Origin: a virus
IMG/VR virus record: IMGVR_UViG_3300030116_003110
Location: 7,910-71,909 of that record
Reading direction: 5' to 3' (one strand)
Length of the DNA: 64,000 nt
Shown here piece after piece: positions 1 to 9,765 of this stretch. The position numbers were made by a program, and so were the translations under genes. Each line of letters opens with the position of its first letter. Position 1 is the stretch's first letter. The notes beneath the pieces are model-generated. The model saw only the letters and a list, made by a program, of their open reading frames with translations. It searched no databases and was not told the origin of the DNA.

Positions 1-1
1 T

Positions 2-394
2 GAAGATTTTGATACTTCTATTAATGTTGTAGATGATCTTGAGGCGCTTGGTAATCAAGTTCTTCTTAACCTTTCACCATCTGACTCTGATGACTTTGTT
101 ATTGGTGAGACAGTCCAGCAAGTTACTGGTTCTACAACTATCAGTGCAGAAATTATTAGGTGGCATGCAGACAGTGACAAACTTTATGTTGGTCATATTT
201 CTACACCAGATGGTAAGTTCAGAGAGTTTACTACAGGGTCTATTACAAGTCAGACCAGTAATATTACAAAGACAATTGCTTCTATTGGTGAACCTATCTT
301 GCAGCAAGTAGATGCGCAGAATACAGACTTTGAAACATTTGGTGATGATATCCTTGACTTTAGTGAAGCAAATCCATTTGGAGAACCGACATAA
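2..394 (+). CDS. gp14: Neck protein gp14, C-terminal part (truncated by window)
   Basis: Open frame from position 2 ending ...ILDFSEANPFGEPT*, the typical gp14 C-terminus; stop overlaps the gp15 ATG. Confidence 0.85.
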   Translation, partial: EDFDTSINVVDDLEALGNQVLLNLSPSDSDDFVIGETVQQVTGSTTISAEIIRWHADSDKLYVGHISTPDGKFREFTTGSITSQTSNITKTIASIGEPILQQVDAQNTDFETFGDDILDFSEANPFGEPT

Positions 395-1194
395 TGTTTA
401 CACACTTCTATCATGAAAAGATCAGAAAAGTAGTAGCAACATTTGGAACAATGTTTAATAACTTGCATGTTGTTCGCAAAGATGCTTCTGGTGCTTCTAT
501 TAGCCAGATGAAGGTTCCTCTTGCCTATGCTCCTAGACAAAAGTTTTTAGACAGGATCAGAGAAACATCTGAGTTTGATGATTCAAAAGTTGCAGTCAAA
601 CTTCCTAGAATGTCTTTTGAAATGTCTGCACTCTACTTTGATCCTACCAGACAATTACCAAAAGTAAATAACTTTACGAGACAGTCTACTAGTACTAGTC
701 AGAAAACAAAGTTCTTTACTTCTGTACCATATATTCTTAACTTCCAGTTAAATATTTTGGCAAAGACCAATGAAGATGCAGTACAAATCTTAGAGCAGAT
801 TTTACCGTTCTTTAATCCATCTTATACTGTCACTATGAAACAATTCAGTGACTACACAGATATCACAGAAGATATTCCAATTACTCTTATTGGTATTTCT
901 TTTTCTGATGATTATGAAGGTCAATTAGAAAACAGAAGAACAATTATCTATACACTAGATTTTGAAATCAAAACTAATTTCTATGGACCTATTGCTGATG
1001 CTAAGATTATTCGTAAGGCTATTGTAGACTTCCGTGATCCTGATAATCCAACACAAGGTTCGTTTAGTTTAACTGATTCTGATAACCTGATTGAAAGAAT
1101 TACCGTTGAACCAGACCCCATTAATGTAAGTCCAGATAGTGATTATGGGTTCACTGAAACATATTTCATTCCGGGTGAAGGTGATAGTGCATGA
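394..1194 (+). CDS. gp15: Tail sheath stabilizer / tail terminator gp15
   Basis: FYHEKIRK..FGTMFNN, VPLAYAP, LPRMSFE, QILEQILPFF motifs; T4-like synteny. Confidence 0.93.
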   Translation: MFTHFYHEKIRKVVATFGTMFNNLHVVRKDASGASISQMKVPLAYAPRQKFLDRIRETSEFDDSKVAVKLPRMSFEMSALYFDPTRQLPKVNNFTRQSTSTSQKTKFFTSVPYILNFQLNILAKTNEDAVQILEQILPFFNPSYTVTMKQFSDYTDITEDIPITLIGISFSDDYEGQLENRRTIIYTLDFEIKTNFYGPIADAKIIRKAIVDFRDPDNPTQGSFSLTDSDNLIERITVEPDPINVSPDSDYGFTETYFIPGEGDSA

Positions 1195-1541
1195 CAGATA
1201 AAAATGATGTAAAAGATGATTTTGAGTATTCCCGTGCAACTTACTATGAGTTGTTAGATAAGGGTCGTGAAGGTCTTGACTTAATGATGGAAGTTGCAAG
1301 AGAGTCAGAACACCCTAGAGCATTTGAAGTTCTTTCTGGTATGATTAAGCAAATGTCAGATGTTAATGACAGACTGATGGATTTGCAGAAGAAAAAAGCA
1401 GACCTAAATAAACCACAGGAAAAAGAGCAAAAGGCTCTTACACAAAATAATGTATTTGTTGGTTCCACAGCAGATTTACAAAAGATGTTGATGGGCGACC
1501 AAGATGGAGTGATTGAACATGATAACGACAGAACTAACTAA
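1191..1541 (+). CDS. gp16: Terminase small subunit gp16
   Basis: ESEHPRAFEV and NNVFVGSTADLQKML motifs; lies between gp15 and gp17. Confidence 0.92.
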   Translation: MTDKNDVKDDFEYSRATYYELLDKGREGLDLMMEVARESEHPRAFEVLSGMIKQMSDVNDRLMDLQKKKADLNKPQEKEQKALTQNNVFVGSTADLQKMLMGDQDGVIEHDNDRTN

Positions 1542-1755
1542 AGGCATATTCAAAGTTATTCGTAAATTAGTTGGTGACTCTGTTCTACTAGCAGTAATCT
1601 ATACAATTGGACATATTCTAGTAGCCATCACCACAGTTAGACTTATTACAGGAGCAAGTTGGTTTGACGCAGGACTTACTGCTCTAATTGAACCAGTTAT
1701 TAATGGTATTTGGTTCTATGTGTTGCATAAAATTGCAAAAAGATTTCTTAAGTGA
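1513..1755 (+). CDS. Small membrane protein, DUF2061-like
   Basis: Two hydrophobic segments; YTIGHILVA...ALIEPVINGIWFYVLH pattern. Confidence 0.6.
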   Translation: MNMITTELTKGIFKVIRKLVGDSVLLAVIYTIGHILVAITTVRLITGASWFDAGLTALIEPVINGIWFYVLHKIAKRFLK

Positions 1756-2261
1756 TTACAATAACAGACAATCTTTTTTCTGAAGAAGAAATGAGATTAA
1801 TAAAAAATCACGGTGCATTTCTATATCAAGACATAGAGTTTTTACAGTCTTGGAAGGGTCATCCTTTGACCAACTATGCTGAAACAGATGTTGGGCATAG
1901 TTTTACACTTGACAAAAAATTTCCTGATGATAAAGAAATTATGGAAATTGTCATAGATAAGTTAAAATTGTCATACCCAAAGATTAGGATTATATATTAT
2001 TGGAATAACCCCGGCTGGAGATTTGCACTTCACCCTGATGACAATAGAAGTTTTGCTGCATCTATCTATTTAAATGAGGATTGGGATAACAAAAAGTATG
2101 GTGGTCAATTTATCTGGTTAGATGATAAGATGCATAGAAATACAGTAGACATTAAATATAACAGAGCAATTTCATTCTACCCCCCTGTATGGCATTGTAC
2201 AAAAATGATTAGAGATGGCGCCCCTGTTAGAGAATCTATTCAAGTTTTTTGTGAGGATTAA
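1752..2261 (+). CDS. 2OG-Fe(II) oxygenase (prolyl-hydroxylase-like)
   Basis: HxD (HPD), YLNEDW..YGG, distal WH and R-x-S (RESIQ); GTG start. Confidence 0.85.
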   Translation: MITITDNLFSEEEMRLIKNHGAFLYQDIEFLQSWKGHPLTNYAETDVGHSFTLDKKFPDDKEIMEIVIDKLKLSYPKIRIIYYWNNPGWRFALHPDDNRSFAASIYLNEDWDNKKYGGQFIWLDDKMHRNTVDIKYNRAISFYPPVWHCTKMIRDGAPVRESIQVFCED

Positions 2262-3838
2262 TGAACGAAACTTACCTTGGTAATATCTCTGTAAAGAGAG
2301 ACGGTGTAGAACAACCGTGGACCAAGGCTGATATTAAAGAATATCAGCGATGCATGCATGATCCTGTTTACTTTGCAGAAAAGTATGGTAAAGTAATATC
2401 TTTGGATAAGGGGTTAGTACCTTTTAATCTATATCCATATCAAAAAGATATGTTCCAACACTTTCAAGATAATAGGTTCTCTATTGTATTAGCATGTAGA
2501 CAGTCTGGTAAGTCTATTAGTTCGTGTATGTACATCCTATGGTACGCACTGTTCCATCCAGACCAGACTATTGCTATTCTTGCTAACAAGGGTGCTACGG
2601 CAAGAGAAATGCTTTCTAGGATCACTCTAGCACTAGAGAACACACCTTTCTTTCTACAACCCGGATGTAAAGCACTTAACAAAGGTTCTATTGAGTTTTC
2701 TAATAACTCTCGTATTATTGCAGCTGCTACATCTGGATCATCTATTCGTGGTTTGTCTGTTAACCTTCTATTCCTAGATGAGTTTGCATTTGTAGAGAAT
2801 GCTGCTGAGTTTTATGCATCCACCTACCCTGTTATTTCTTCTGGTAAAACTTCTAGAGTGATTGTGACTTCTACAGCAAATGGTATCGGTAATGTATTCC
2901 ATAAAATCTATGAAGGTGCAGTACAAGAAACAAACGAATTTAAACCATTTCGTGTAGATTGGTGGGATGTTCCTGGCCGAGATGAGAACTGGAAGAAACA
3001 AACTATTGCTAACACATCAGAGTTGCAATTTCAGCAGGAGTTTGGAAACACCTTCTTTGGTACAGGCAATACACTCATCTCTGCTGATGCACTGATGAAC
3101 ATGAAAGCAGAACCACCTGTATCTATTGGTGATGTGAATATTTACGCAGAACCAAAAGCAAACCATGATTATATTATGACTGTAGATGTGGCTAAAGGTA
3201 GAGGACAAGATTATTCTACATTTAGTATTATTGACATATCTACAAACCCATTTAAGCAAGTTGTTACATATAGAAATAATTTGATATCACCCATTCTTTT
3301 TCCTGATATTATCAATAAATGGGCAACAAAATATAATGAAGCATATGTAATTGTAGAATCAAATGACCAAGGTTCTGTAGTTGCTAACGGTTTATACTAC
3401 GATATTGAGTATGAAAACATGCATGTAGAGTCTATGATCAAAGCAGGTGCTATTGGTATGACTATGAATCGTAAAGTAAAACGTATTGGTTGTTCTAATC
3501 TTAAAGACTTGATTGAAGAAAAAAGACTTGACCTTGTAGATTTAGATACTATCACTGAGTGTTCTACTTTTGAAGCAAGGGGCAATTCTTTTGAGGCTTC
3601 TGATGGTAACCATGATGATTTGGTTATGACTTTAGTTATGTTTGCATGGTATGTAGGAACAGATACGTTTGCTAATCAGACTGATATTTCTGTCAAACAA
3701 ATGCTCTATGAACAACGTGTAAAAGAGATTGAAGAGGACATTACCCCTGTAGGTATTATTGATGACGGTACAAATATTGATGAAGGTGAAGCGATTGGTG
3801 GTGATGTTTGGTACACACAGAAAACAGAAATGTTCTAA
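2261..3838 (+). CDS. gp17: Terminase large subunit gp17
   Basis: Walker A RQSGKS, LFLDEFAF, STANG, nuclease motifs VDVAKGRGQDYS and HDDLVM. Confidence 0.97.
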   Translation: MNETYLGNISVKRDGVEQPWTKADIKEYQRCMHDPVYFAEKYGKVISLDKGLVPFNLYPYQKDMFQHFQDNRFSIVLACRQSGKSISSCMYILWYALFHPDQTIAILANKGATAREMLSRITLALENTPFFLQPGCKALNKGSIEFSNNSRIIAAATSGSSIRGLSVNLLFLDEFAFVENAAEFYASTYPVISSGKTSRVIVTSTANGIGNVFHKIYEGAVQETNEFKPFRVDWWDVPGRDENWKKQTIANTSELQFQQEFGNTFFGTGNTLISADALMNMKAEPPVSIGDVNIYAEPKANHDYIMTVDVAKGRGQDYSTFSIIDISTNPFKQVVTYRNNLISPILFPDIINKWATKYNEAYVIVESNDQGSVVANGLYYDIEYENMHVESMIKAGAIGMTMNRKVKRIGCSNLKDLIEEKRLDLVDLDTITECSTFEARGNSFEASDGNHDDLVMTLVMFAWYVGTDTFANQTDISVKQMLYEQRVKEIEEDITPVGIIDDGTNIDEGEAIGGDVWYTQKTEMF

Positions 3839-3849
3839 AATCAATAATT

Positions 3850-3857
3850 TATAAATA
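3850..3857 (+). promoter_or_regulatory. T4-type late promoter (gp55-dependent)
   Basis: Exact TATAAATA upstream of gp18. Confidence 0.85.
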
Positions 3858-3926
3858 TTATCGTTGTTTGAATGTATCTTATCATGGGTAACTTATTATT
3901 AATTCTAACGAAAAAGAGGAAGACCA

Positions 3927-5714
3927 ATGGCTTTTTTCACGCCTTCTTTGTCTCCAGCCGTAGTAACCCGTGAGATTGACCTCACTGGTATTGTCCCTAA
4001 CGTTGCAACATCGACGGGTGTTTTCGTGGGCAACTTCCGCTGGGGTCCGGTTGAAGAACCGACAGAAGTAGATAACGAGGCACGTCTTGTGTCCCTGTTT
4101 GCTTCTCCCGATACAAATAATACGGTAGATTTCCACACTGCCGCATATTTCACAAAATATTCTAATGAACTTTTTGTCATTAGAGAAGTCACATCTGTTG
4201 CTAGAAACTCGTACCATGTAGACTCCGATTCTTGGAGTGACGCATCTGGACGTGGTGCTAGACTTGTTAAGAACTCCACAGATTTTAACAACAATAAGAG
4301 TGCTATGGATTCTGATAAGCACAACTTTGTTGGTAAATATCCCGGCACACTTGGCAATGGTATTCAAATTCAGTTATGTTCTTTTGACGAAGGCGACTCG
4401 GCCTTTGAGACATGGGCATATAAAAATGAATTTGATGCTGCTCCCGGTACTTCTAACTTTGCTCAAGCTAGAGGTGGTACACTTAATGATGAAGTGCACG
4501 CTGTTATCATTGATAAAGATGGTAAGTTTAGCGGCACCAAAGGTGAAGTTCTTGAAACATATCCTTTCGTATCCCTCGCATCCAATGCTAAGAACGCAGA
4601 TGGCTCTACCAACTACATTGCAGATGTAATCAACAATGGTTCCAAGTATGTCTGGTTAGTAGACGCAGGAAACATTGATTCTGCATATGATGCAGCTGGC
4701 GCCGGTACTGATATTGTAGATTCTACTTCTACATATACTTTAACTGGTTCTGCACAGGGTATCAAGACAATCAATCTTACAAACGGTGTTAACTCTGGTG
4801 CACTCGGAACTTCTGAGATTGCAACTGGATTTGACCTGATTGAAGATGTTGACAAATATCAGGTAGACTTCTTGATTGCGCCACCAGAAACTGGTTCTAC
4901 CGCTGGTGACACAACTAATCTCGTTACTGTTGTAAATGATCTTACTTCTATTGCAGCTGTGACCAGAAAAGACTGTGTAGTAGTTGCATCTCCACCAAAG
5001 AATGCTGTAATTAATACTACAGACCCTGTAGGTGATACTGTAGCATTTGCTAACAGACTTACAAACAGTTCTTACTGTTTCTTAGATAATAACTATCTGA
5101 AAGTGTTTGACAAATATAATGATCAGTACATTGATATTCCAGCAAACTCTTCTACCGCTGGTCTGATGGCTCAAACAGACTTCTTGACTGCACCTTGGTT
5201 CTCGCCAGCTGGTACAAGAAGAGGTGTATACTTCGGTGTGACCGATGTTGCACACTCGCCTGTTAAGTCTGAAAGAGACACACTTTACAGAGCTAACGTC
5301 AACCCAATTACTAACTTGCCCGGTACTGGACTGGTTCTCTTTGGTGATAAGACTATGCTGCGCAGACCTTCGGCATTTGACCGAATTAATGTTCGCAGAC
5401 TGTTCCTCACAATGGAAAGAGCAATTGCCAGAGCTGCTAGACAAGTTCTCTTTGAGTTTAACGACGAATTTACTAGAGCAGAATTCGTAAATATCGTTGA
5501 ACCTTTCCTGAGAGAAGTTAAGGGTCGCCGTGGTATTACTGATTTCAGAGTAGTTTGTGACGAAACAAACAACACTCCTGAGATTATTGATCGCAATGAA
5601 TTCATTGCTACTATCTTCATTAAGCCTGCACGTTCTATCAACTACATCACACTGAACTTTGTTGCTGTTAGAACTGGCGTGGACTTTGAAGAAGTAGTTG
5701 GTCTGTCATTCTAA
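3927..5714 (+). CDS. gp18: Tail sheath protein gp18
   Basis: SPAVVTREIDLT, PWFSPAG, FDRINVRRLF, FEFNDEFTR, IKPARSINYITLNF. Confidence 0.97.
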   Translation: MAFFTPSLSPAVVTREIDLTGIVPNVATSTGVFVGNFRWGPVEEPTEVDNEARLVSLFASPDTNNTVDFHTAAYFTKYSNELFVIREVTSVARNSYHVDSDSWSDASGRGARLVKNSTDFNNNKSAMDSDKHNFVGKYPGTLGNGIQIQLCSFDEGDSAFETWAYKNEFDAAPGTSNFAQARGGTLNDEVHAVIIDKDGKFSGTKGEVLETYPFVSLASNAKNADGSTNYIADVINNGSKYVWLVDAGNIDSAYDAAGAGTDIVDSTSTYTLTGSAQGIKTINLTNGVNSGALGTSEIATGFDLIEDVDKYQVDFLIAPPETGSTAGDTTNLVTVVNDLTSIAAVTRKDCVVVASPPKNAVINTTDPVGDTVAFANRLTNSSYCFLDNNYLKVFDKYNDQYIDIPANSSTAGLMAQTDFLTAPWFSPAGTRRGVYFGVTDVAHSPVKSERDTLYRANVNPITNLPGTGLVLFGDKTMLRRPSAFDRINVRRLFLTMERAIARAARQVLFEFNDEFTRAEFVNIVEPFLREVKGRRGITDFRVVCDETNNTPEIIDRNEFIATIFIKPARSINYITLNFVAVRTGVDFEEVVGLSF

Positions 5715-5740
5715 ACCGCTTAACTAAGGAGATATAAAAG

Positions 5741-6268
5741 ATGGCTATTCTTGGAGTTGATGACTTCAAAGCAAAACTGAAAGGTGGCGGTGCTAGACCT
5801 AATCTATTCAAGGCAACGATCAACTTTCCCGGTTATGCAGGGGGTAATGTAGAACTTACCTCGTTTATGTGTCGGGCAGCTCAACTGCCCGCTTCTATCA
5901 TGTCTGAAATCATTGTACCATTCCGTGGTCGTGAACTGAAGATTGCTGGTGACAGAACATTTGATACATGGACACCAACAATTATTAACGACACTGACTT
6001 TGACGTTCGTAACGCTATGGAACGTTGGATGAACGGTATCAATGCTCACTCTGACAACAGTGGTCTTACAAACCCTGTAGACTATCAAGCTGACTTGGTA
6101 GTAGAGCAACTTGATAGAGATGGTTCTACAATCAAAACATACAACTTTAGAGGTTGTTTCCCAACCAATATTGATCCAATTGACCTGTCCTATGATCCAG
6201 CGGCAGCGATTGAGGAATTCTCTGTGACTTTCCAAGTCCAGTATTGGGAATCTAATACTACCTCTTAA
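5741..6268 (+). CDS. gp19: Tail tube protein gp19
   Basis: GGARPNLF, FRGRELKIAGDRTF, IEEFSVTF. Confidence 0.96.
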   Translation: MAILGVDDFKAKLKGGGARPNLFKATINFPGYAGGNVELTSFMCRAAQLPASIMSEIIVPFRGRELKIAGDRTFDTWTPTIINDTDFDVRNAMERWMNGINAHSDNSGLTNPVDYQADLVVEQLDRDGSTIKTYNFRGCFPTNIDPIDLSYDPAAAIEEFSVTFQVQYWESNTTS

Positions 6269-6274
6269 GTAGTC

Positions 6275-6282
6275 TATAAATA
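6275..6282 (+). promoter_or_regulatory. T4-type late promoter abutting a hairpin
   Basis: TATAAATA followed by the stem ggggag-N-ctcccc, upstream of gp20. Confidence 0.8.
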
Positions 6283-6328
6283 GGGGAGGGAATAAACTCT
6301 CCCCTATTATTATATTCGGAGACAGGTT

Positions 6329-7861
6329 TTGGCAGAGTCAGAAAATAGTGTAAAGCTTTTTGGATTTGAAATCTCAAGAGCAAGAAAAGAAACTAAAAAA
6401 GAACAGTTACCGTCTATTGTACCACCATTAGATGATGATGGCGCAGGTTATGTCACTGCGGCTGGAACACACTATGGTTCCTTTGTTGACCTTAGCGGTG
6501 AAAAAGCAAAAGACGATAAAGAATTAATTAGAAAATATCGTACAGTGTCCATGCATCCTGAAGTAGATGCTGCGATTGAGGATATTGTGAATGAAGTTAT
6601 TTCCGGCGAAAATGAAATCGTGGAACTTAACTTGGATGAAGTAGAAACTTCGGATTCTATTAAGAAACAAATCAAAGAAGAATTTGAGGGTGTCTTGGGT
6701 ATGTTAGACTTCAAGAACTATGCCCATGATGTTTTCCGCAGATACTATGTAGATGGTCGCATTTACCACCACTTGGTAGTAGACCCAAAGAGTCCACAGA
6801 ATGGTATCCAAGAAGTAAGACCTATTGATGCTTTAAAAATTCGTAAAGTAAAAGAAGTCAAAAAAGAAAAAGACCCAACTAGTGGTGTTGATATTATTAA
6901 AAAGGTAGATGAATACTTTATCTACTCTGATACAAATGCAACTCAATACACTAATAACATGAAAGGTGGTAGCACAGTAAAGATTTATCCTGATGCTATT
7001 AGTTATGTTACTAGTGGTCTTCTTGATCATACTAAGAAAAAAGTAGTATCTTACTTACATAAAGCACTGAAACCTATTAACCAACTGCGTATGATGGAAG
7101 ACGCACTGGTTATTTACAGACTTTCCCGTGCACCTGAAAGACGTATCTTTTACATTGATGTGGGTAACTTGCCTAGAAATAAGGCAGAACAGTACCTTAA
7201 AGACATTATGACCAGATATAGAAACAAACTGGTATATGATGCTAATACAGGTGATCTTAAGAATGAGTCTAAGCATATGTCTATGCTGGAAGATTTCTGG
7301 CTTCCTAGACGTGAAGGTGGTAGAGGTACAGAGATTTCTACACTTCCCGGTGGTCAGAACTTAGGTGAGATTGATGATATCATTTACTTCCAAAAGAAAC
7401 TCTACAAAGCACTTAATGTCCCTGTAGGCCGTCTTGATCCAGAACAAGCTGGTGGTGGTATTCTTGGTAGAACTACTGAGATTACCAGAGATGAATTTAA
7501 ATTTCAGAAGTTTGTTGACAGACTGCGCAGAAGATTTGCAGACTTGTTCTACAACATTCTTAAAAAGCAACTTCTTCTCAAGGGCATTATCACTGAAGAA
7601 GATTGGAACAGTTGGAAGAATGATATCAATGTAGAGTATATTACTGATAACTACTTTACAGAACTTAAAGATGCAGAAATTCTTAGAGAACGTTTGAATA
7701 TGTTAAGGGAGATGGAACCATATGTTGGCACCTTCTACTCTAAAGAATGGACTCAAAAGAATGTGTTGATGTTATCAGATGATGACATTAAGACAATGGA
7801 CGATCAGATTGATAAAGAAAAGAAATCTGGTGAAATTGAAGAACCAGAACCTGAAATTTAA
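6329..7861 (+). CDS. gp20: Portal protein gp20
   Basis: RAPERRIFYIDVGNLP, EDFWLPRREGGRGTEISTLPGGQNLG; TTG start after GGAG. Confidence 0.97.
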   Translation: MAESENSVKLFGFEISRARKETKKEQLPSIVPPLDDDGAGYVTAAGTHYGSFVDLSGEKAKDDKELIRKYRTVSMHPEVDAAIEDIVNEVISGENEIVELNLDEVETSDSIKKQIKEEFEGVLGMLDFKNYAHDVFRRYYVDGRIYHHLVVDPKSPQNGIQEVRPIDALKIRKVKEVKKEKDPTSGVDIIKKVDEYFIYSDTNATQYTNNMKGGSTVKIYPDAISYVTSGLLDHTKKKVVSYLHKALKPINQLRMMEDALVIYRLSRAPERRIFYIDVGNLPRNKAEQYLKDIMTRYRNKLVYDANTGDLKNESKHMSMLEDFWLPRREGGRGTEISTLPGGQNLGEIDDIIYFQKKLYKALNVPVGRLDPEQAGGGILGRTTEITRDEFKFQKFVDRLRRRFADLFYNILKKQLLLKGIITEEDWNSWKNDINVEYITDNYFTELKDAEILRERLNMLREMEPYVGTFYSKEWTQKNVLMLSDDDIKTMDDQIDKEKKSGEIEEPEPEI

Positions 7862-7866
7862 ATTAT

Positions 7867-7874
7867 TATAAATA
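7867..7874 (+). promoter_or_regulatory. T4-type late promoter
   Basis: Exact TATAAATA upstream of the prohead core genes. Confidence 0.85.
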
Positions 7875-7904
7875 TTATTGCGAAATTTTACTGAGGCAAA
7901 ATAA

Positions 7905-8156
7905 ATGACTGAAATTGTTGATTTTTTAAATAATGTAACTACAAAGAACTTTGTTGACGCAGAAAAGCAATTCTCTGACTTGCTTAATGCTAGACTTACG
8001 ACTCGTTTAGATGATGAGAAAATTAAAGTTGCCAATCAAGTTTTTAACAATGTTACTGATGATGCTGATCCTGAAGAAGTTGAAGATGAAGTAGAACTGT
8101 CAACTGAGACAGAAGTTGAATCTGATGAAGGTGAAGAAGTAGCAGAAGAAGAATAA
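7905..8156 (+). CDS. Prohead core protein (gp67-like)
   Basis: Small protein with very acidic C-terminus directly after the portal gene. Confidence 0.7.
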   Translation: MTEIVDFLNNVTTKNFVDAEKQFSDLLNARLTTRLDDEKIKVANQVFNNVTDDADPEEVEDEVELSTETEVESDEGEEVAEEE

Positions 8157-8160
8157 ATAA

Positions 8161-8823
8161 ATGGGTGACATTAATCAATATTATTTTTTACAGCATGAAT
8201 TAGAAAGAACAAAACAAACTTTTAATAATGTATTAGATATTGGCAGTAAAGATCATGGTAATGTACAATCTTTTAGAGACTTTGTAAAGTACGATAATTA
8301 TGTTGGTATTGACATGGAAGACGGACCTAATGTTGACCATGTTATTGACTTAACAAAATCAATTGGACCTCTAAAAGAAAAATCATTTGACCTAACTATT
8401 TGCTGCTCTGTTTTAGAACATGTAACTAAACCTTGGTTATTTGCTGAGAATGTGACAAAACTAACTGCTGATAATGGTCTGTTGTATGTGTCGGTGCCTT
8501 TTATTTGGAAGTATCATGGATATCCAAATGATTATTACAGATACACACACAATGGGTTGAAACAAGTTTTTGATGAATTCCATTTTGAGAAAAGTTATTT
8601 TTCTACATATGGAGCTAATCAAATTTTTGAAATTACAAGTGATGACCGTTTTGCAAGAGACTTGTCATATTTGTCATTGCGATTGAAAAATGATAAACTT
8701 CGGTTTTATAAAAATAATGATTTAATTCCTAATCCAAAGTATGGGTTAGATTTACGAGAAACAGATGAACCACAGAAAGCTATATCATATATTCAAATCC
8801 TAATGATAGGTCAAAAGAAGTAG
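8161..8823 (+). CDS. Class I SAM-dependent methyltransferase
   Basis: VLDIGS motif I, YVGID, FDLTICCSVLEHV, HGYPNDYYR; AT-rich insert in the head module. Confidence 0.85.
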   Translation: MGDINQYYFLQHELERTKQTFNNVLDIGSKDHGNVQSFRDFVKYDNYVGIDMEDGPNVDHVIDLTKSIGPLKEKSFDLTICCSVLEHVTKPWLFAENVTKLTADNGLLYVSVPFIWKYHGYPNDYYRYTHNGLKQVFDEFHFEKSYFSTYGANQIFEITSDDRFARDLSYLSLRLKNDKLRFYKNNDLIPNPKYGLDLRETDEPQKAISYIQILMIGQKK

Positions 8824-8824
8824 A

Positions 8825-9106
8825 ATGAAGACGTTTAAAGAATTTAGTTTTAACATCATCCCAAAGGGACAGAAGATGGTTAAGGTCTTGCAGTCCAAGG
8901 CGGGGGAAGTTATGGTTACAAAAGATAAAGATGGTAAATTCAATATCATGTATGATAACCAGTCTGTAGACACAGCGAAAAACGAGCGTGAAGCTATGAA
9001 GAATGCTCGGCAATTTGTACAGATGATGAATAAAAGTGGTATGACTGGAATGGGTACTAAAGATATTGGTGGTAAAAGAGCAGGAAGAGGCGGATACTTT
9101 AAATGA
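8825..9106 (+). CDS. Small basic head-internal/prohead core protein (gp68 position)
   Basis: N-terminus MKTFKEF resembles the T4 capsid-targeting sequence; lies directly before gp21. Confidence 0.55.
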   Translation: MKTFKEFSFNIIPKGQKMVKVLQSKAGEVMVTKDKDGKFNIMYDNQSVDTAKNEREAMKNARQFVQMMNKSGMTGMGTKDIGGKRAGRGGYFK

Positions 9107-9753
9107 AACTGATTACAGAACATACAGAAGAAGTATCATACATCATTGAGGCTAAAGATGATGGTAGTAAGAACTACGTCATTGAAGGTGTCTTTGCCCA
9201 AGCTGAACAGAAAAACCGTAATGGAAGAATTTATCCAAAAGCAATTTTGGAGCAAGCAGTTTCTAAGTATGATAAGGAACAGGTACAGACTCAAAGAGCA
9301 GTAGGTGAACTTAATCACCCGGCTGGACCTATCATTAACTTAGATAAAGTATCTCACCGCATCACCGAGCTTAAGTGGAACGGCAATGATGTGATGGGAA
9401 AAGCACTTATTCTTGATACACCGAATGGTCAAATTGTGAAAGGTTTGTTGGACGGTGGAGTTAAGCTAGGTGTTTCGACTCGTGGTATGGGAACTCTTGA
9501 GCAGAAAAATGGTGTCAACATGGTCGGTAAAGACTATGTAATGAACACTGTAGATATCGTCCAAGACCCTTCAGCACCATCAGCCTTTGTTGATGGAATT
9601 ATGGAAGGTGTTGAGTGGATTTGGAATAACGGTGTCTTAGAGGCTCAGGAACTTGAAAAAATTGAGACTGAAATTAAGAATGCTTCTAGGTCTGACCGCA
9701 GTGCGGTTGAGATTCGGGAGTTTAAAAATTTCCTCTCTAAGATTAATCTTTAA
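9103..9753 (+). CDS. gp21: Prohead protease gp21
   Basis: MKLITE, KNRNGRIYP, GELNHP, LGVSTRGMG, DIVQDPSAPSAFV. Confidence 0.97.
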   Translation: MKLITEHTEEVSYIIEAKDDGSKNYVIEGVFAQAEQKNRNGRIYPKAILEQAVSKYDKEQVQTQRAVGELNHPAGPIINLDKVSHRITELKWNGNDVMGKALILDTPNGQIVKGLLDGGVKLGVSTRGMGTLEQKNGVNMVGKDYVMNTVDIVQDPSAPSAFVDGIMEGVEWIWNNGVLEAQELEKIETEIKNASRSDRSAVEIREFKNFLSKINL

Positions 9754-9765
9754 TAGGAGATAGAC

